Shown: piece after piece, positions 62,559-64,000 of the stretch
Position numbering within the stretch: the stretch's first letter is position 1
Layout: each line of letters starts with the position of its first letter
Source: Selaginella moellendorffii
Lineage: Eukaryota > Plantae > Lycopodiophyta
Reading direction: 5' to 3'
Assembly: GCF_000143415.4 (NCBI RefSeq)
Contig: NW_003314350.1
Coordinates: forward strand, 717,060-781,059
Length of the DNA stretch: 64,000 nt
Translations under genes and position numbers: made by a program
The notes under the pieces: model-generated
What the model was told of the DNA's origin: nothing
Databases searched by the model: none
Seen by the model: only the letters and a program-made list of their open reading frames with translations

Positions 62559-63824
62559 TGTAAAAAACTAAAAGGAATAATTTGAAAGATGATCCATAAA
62601 AGTTTAAATATAGAGAGAGAGGGCCCATGAACAAGAGTGCACCCCTTTTTTTAATTGGTTAAAGGTTTTAGGATACTTGGGGTTAAATGTCTTTGGGTTT
62701 GAATAGTATTGAGGTGGGTGACCTCTCAAGAAGTTTAAATTCAGGAGCTTACATTTGGTATCAAAGAGGTCTTGGGTTTGACTTTATTAGTTGACTTAAG
62801 GGAATCACACCACATATTAATTGACATTTGGCAGATCTAGTTTATTTCGGTTGGGCTCAACTTAAAGGGTAGGGTGTTAAAAGAGCGGGGCTCTCCTCGA
62901 CTTTATTGGTTGGCTTAGGGGAATTCCACCACCATGTTAATTGACATCTACCAGGTTTAGTTTTCTTTGGCTAGGCTCAACCCAAGGGGTAGGGTGTCAA
63001 GAGAGCGGGGCTCTCGGGAGCTGTGACTCTCAGCTTTCGTTCATGAGGGTATGAACTTGCAAAGCTGTTGGCTAATACTTCTTCTGAGCTTGGGTCACAG
63101 TTGTGAGTGTCTCATTGGTGATATGTAATGGCTAGACTTGGGACTTGTTGAACAAGTAAGTCTTGGTCTCCATTGATATCTGGGGCTGTTAGTTGGTGCT
63201 TCTTCTGAGCTTAGGTCATAGTTATGTTGGTGATAGTGTTGATGTAGAGGCCTTGTTCGTCAATGGAGCAACCTTGATTGTGCAATGTTAGACTAGTAGC
63301 TGAGTGATAGTGGTGAAGCCCATAGCTTTCTACAAGAATCTTACAAAATCAAACCCAAGATGTCTCTAATGCCAAATGTAAACTCTTGAATTTGAACTAT
63401 TCAAACCTAATGACACATAACCCTAAATATCCCAAGCCCTTTAACCAATTGAATAAAAGGATGGACTTTTATTTATGGGCCTTTTCCTTTTATATTTGAA
63501 CCTTCATCTCTCAAATCATTCTCTTTAGTTGTTTATAGGATATCACAGACAAGAATGACCCAATATACACTATAGAACTTATCTAAGATCTATTTAGGGG
63601 ATATTTAGAACTATAAGGTCAATAAAGAGGGTGTAATGTCTTGAATTTGGACTTCTTGAAAGGTCACCCAACCTAATACTATTTAAACCCAAAGATACTT
63701 AACCTGAATATCCCAAGACTTTTAACTGATTTGAAAAAAGGGTGCACTTTTTATTCATGGGTTTTTCCTCTATATTTAAACCTTTATAGATCATTTTTCG
63801 AGTTGTTCCCTTTGGTTGCTTACA
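62559..63824. mobile_element. Cluster of about 200-bp LTR-like repeats: 62559-62752 followed by a tRNA-iMet PBS, inverted copies at about 63378-63537 and 63632-63824, and a 119-bp tandem duplication at 62780-63015
   Basis: TGTAA...TTACA + TTTGGTATCAAAG; reverse-complement matches to the two downstream copies. Confidence 0.65.
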
Positions 63825-64000
63825 ATCCACCACACTCTTTTACAAGTTCACATCCTCATGAAAAGAAGTTGAGAGCCATAGTATAAGTGACTAAATTTTC
63901 CATTTTACTTTAGTCACTTAACCACACCCCCAACCATTTGGAGAAGTCTCACTTACAACCTCTATAAGTCATATTCCGGACTTGGGGCTTTCTAGCCCCA

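Overview
Compact plant nuclear DNA with 40-70 bp introns, PLS-class PPR genes and very short intergenic spacers, most consistent with a lycophyte such as Selaginella (inferred, not searched). 1-14 kb: DPE2, a PPR gene, tRNA-His, a YjbQ-family gene, two tandem divergent TALE homeobox genes and an atypical JAZ/TIFY gene. 15-23 kb: an old short-LTR element with a nested near-complete Ty3/gypsy chromovirus that has a self-priming PBS and a -1 frameshift signal. 23-41 kb: a duplication and decay zone with MHF2 and PPR pseudogenes, a transposase relic, a JAZ 3' duplicate, and a tandem duplication of [ZIP4 fragment - RPW8-like NLR - CYP94 - METTL6] with reciprocal gene loss. 41-51 kb: densely packed housekeeping genes (CSA, TRAPPC1, a dual-specificity phosphatase, MCRS1, GME, XRCC4). 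51-64 kb: pseudogene fragments, a MITE and heavily degraded LTR elements. The best candidates for something undescribed are the S50-type TALE pair, the JAZ with an altered degron plus EAR motif, and the RPW8-like NLR with non-RNL NB-ARC motifs. Gene models were spliced by eye and no database searches were run.
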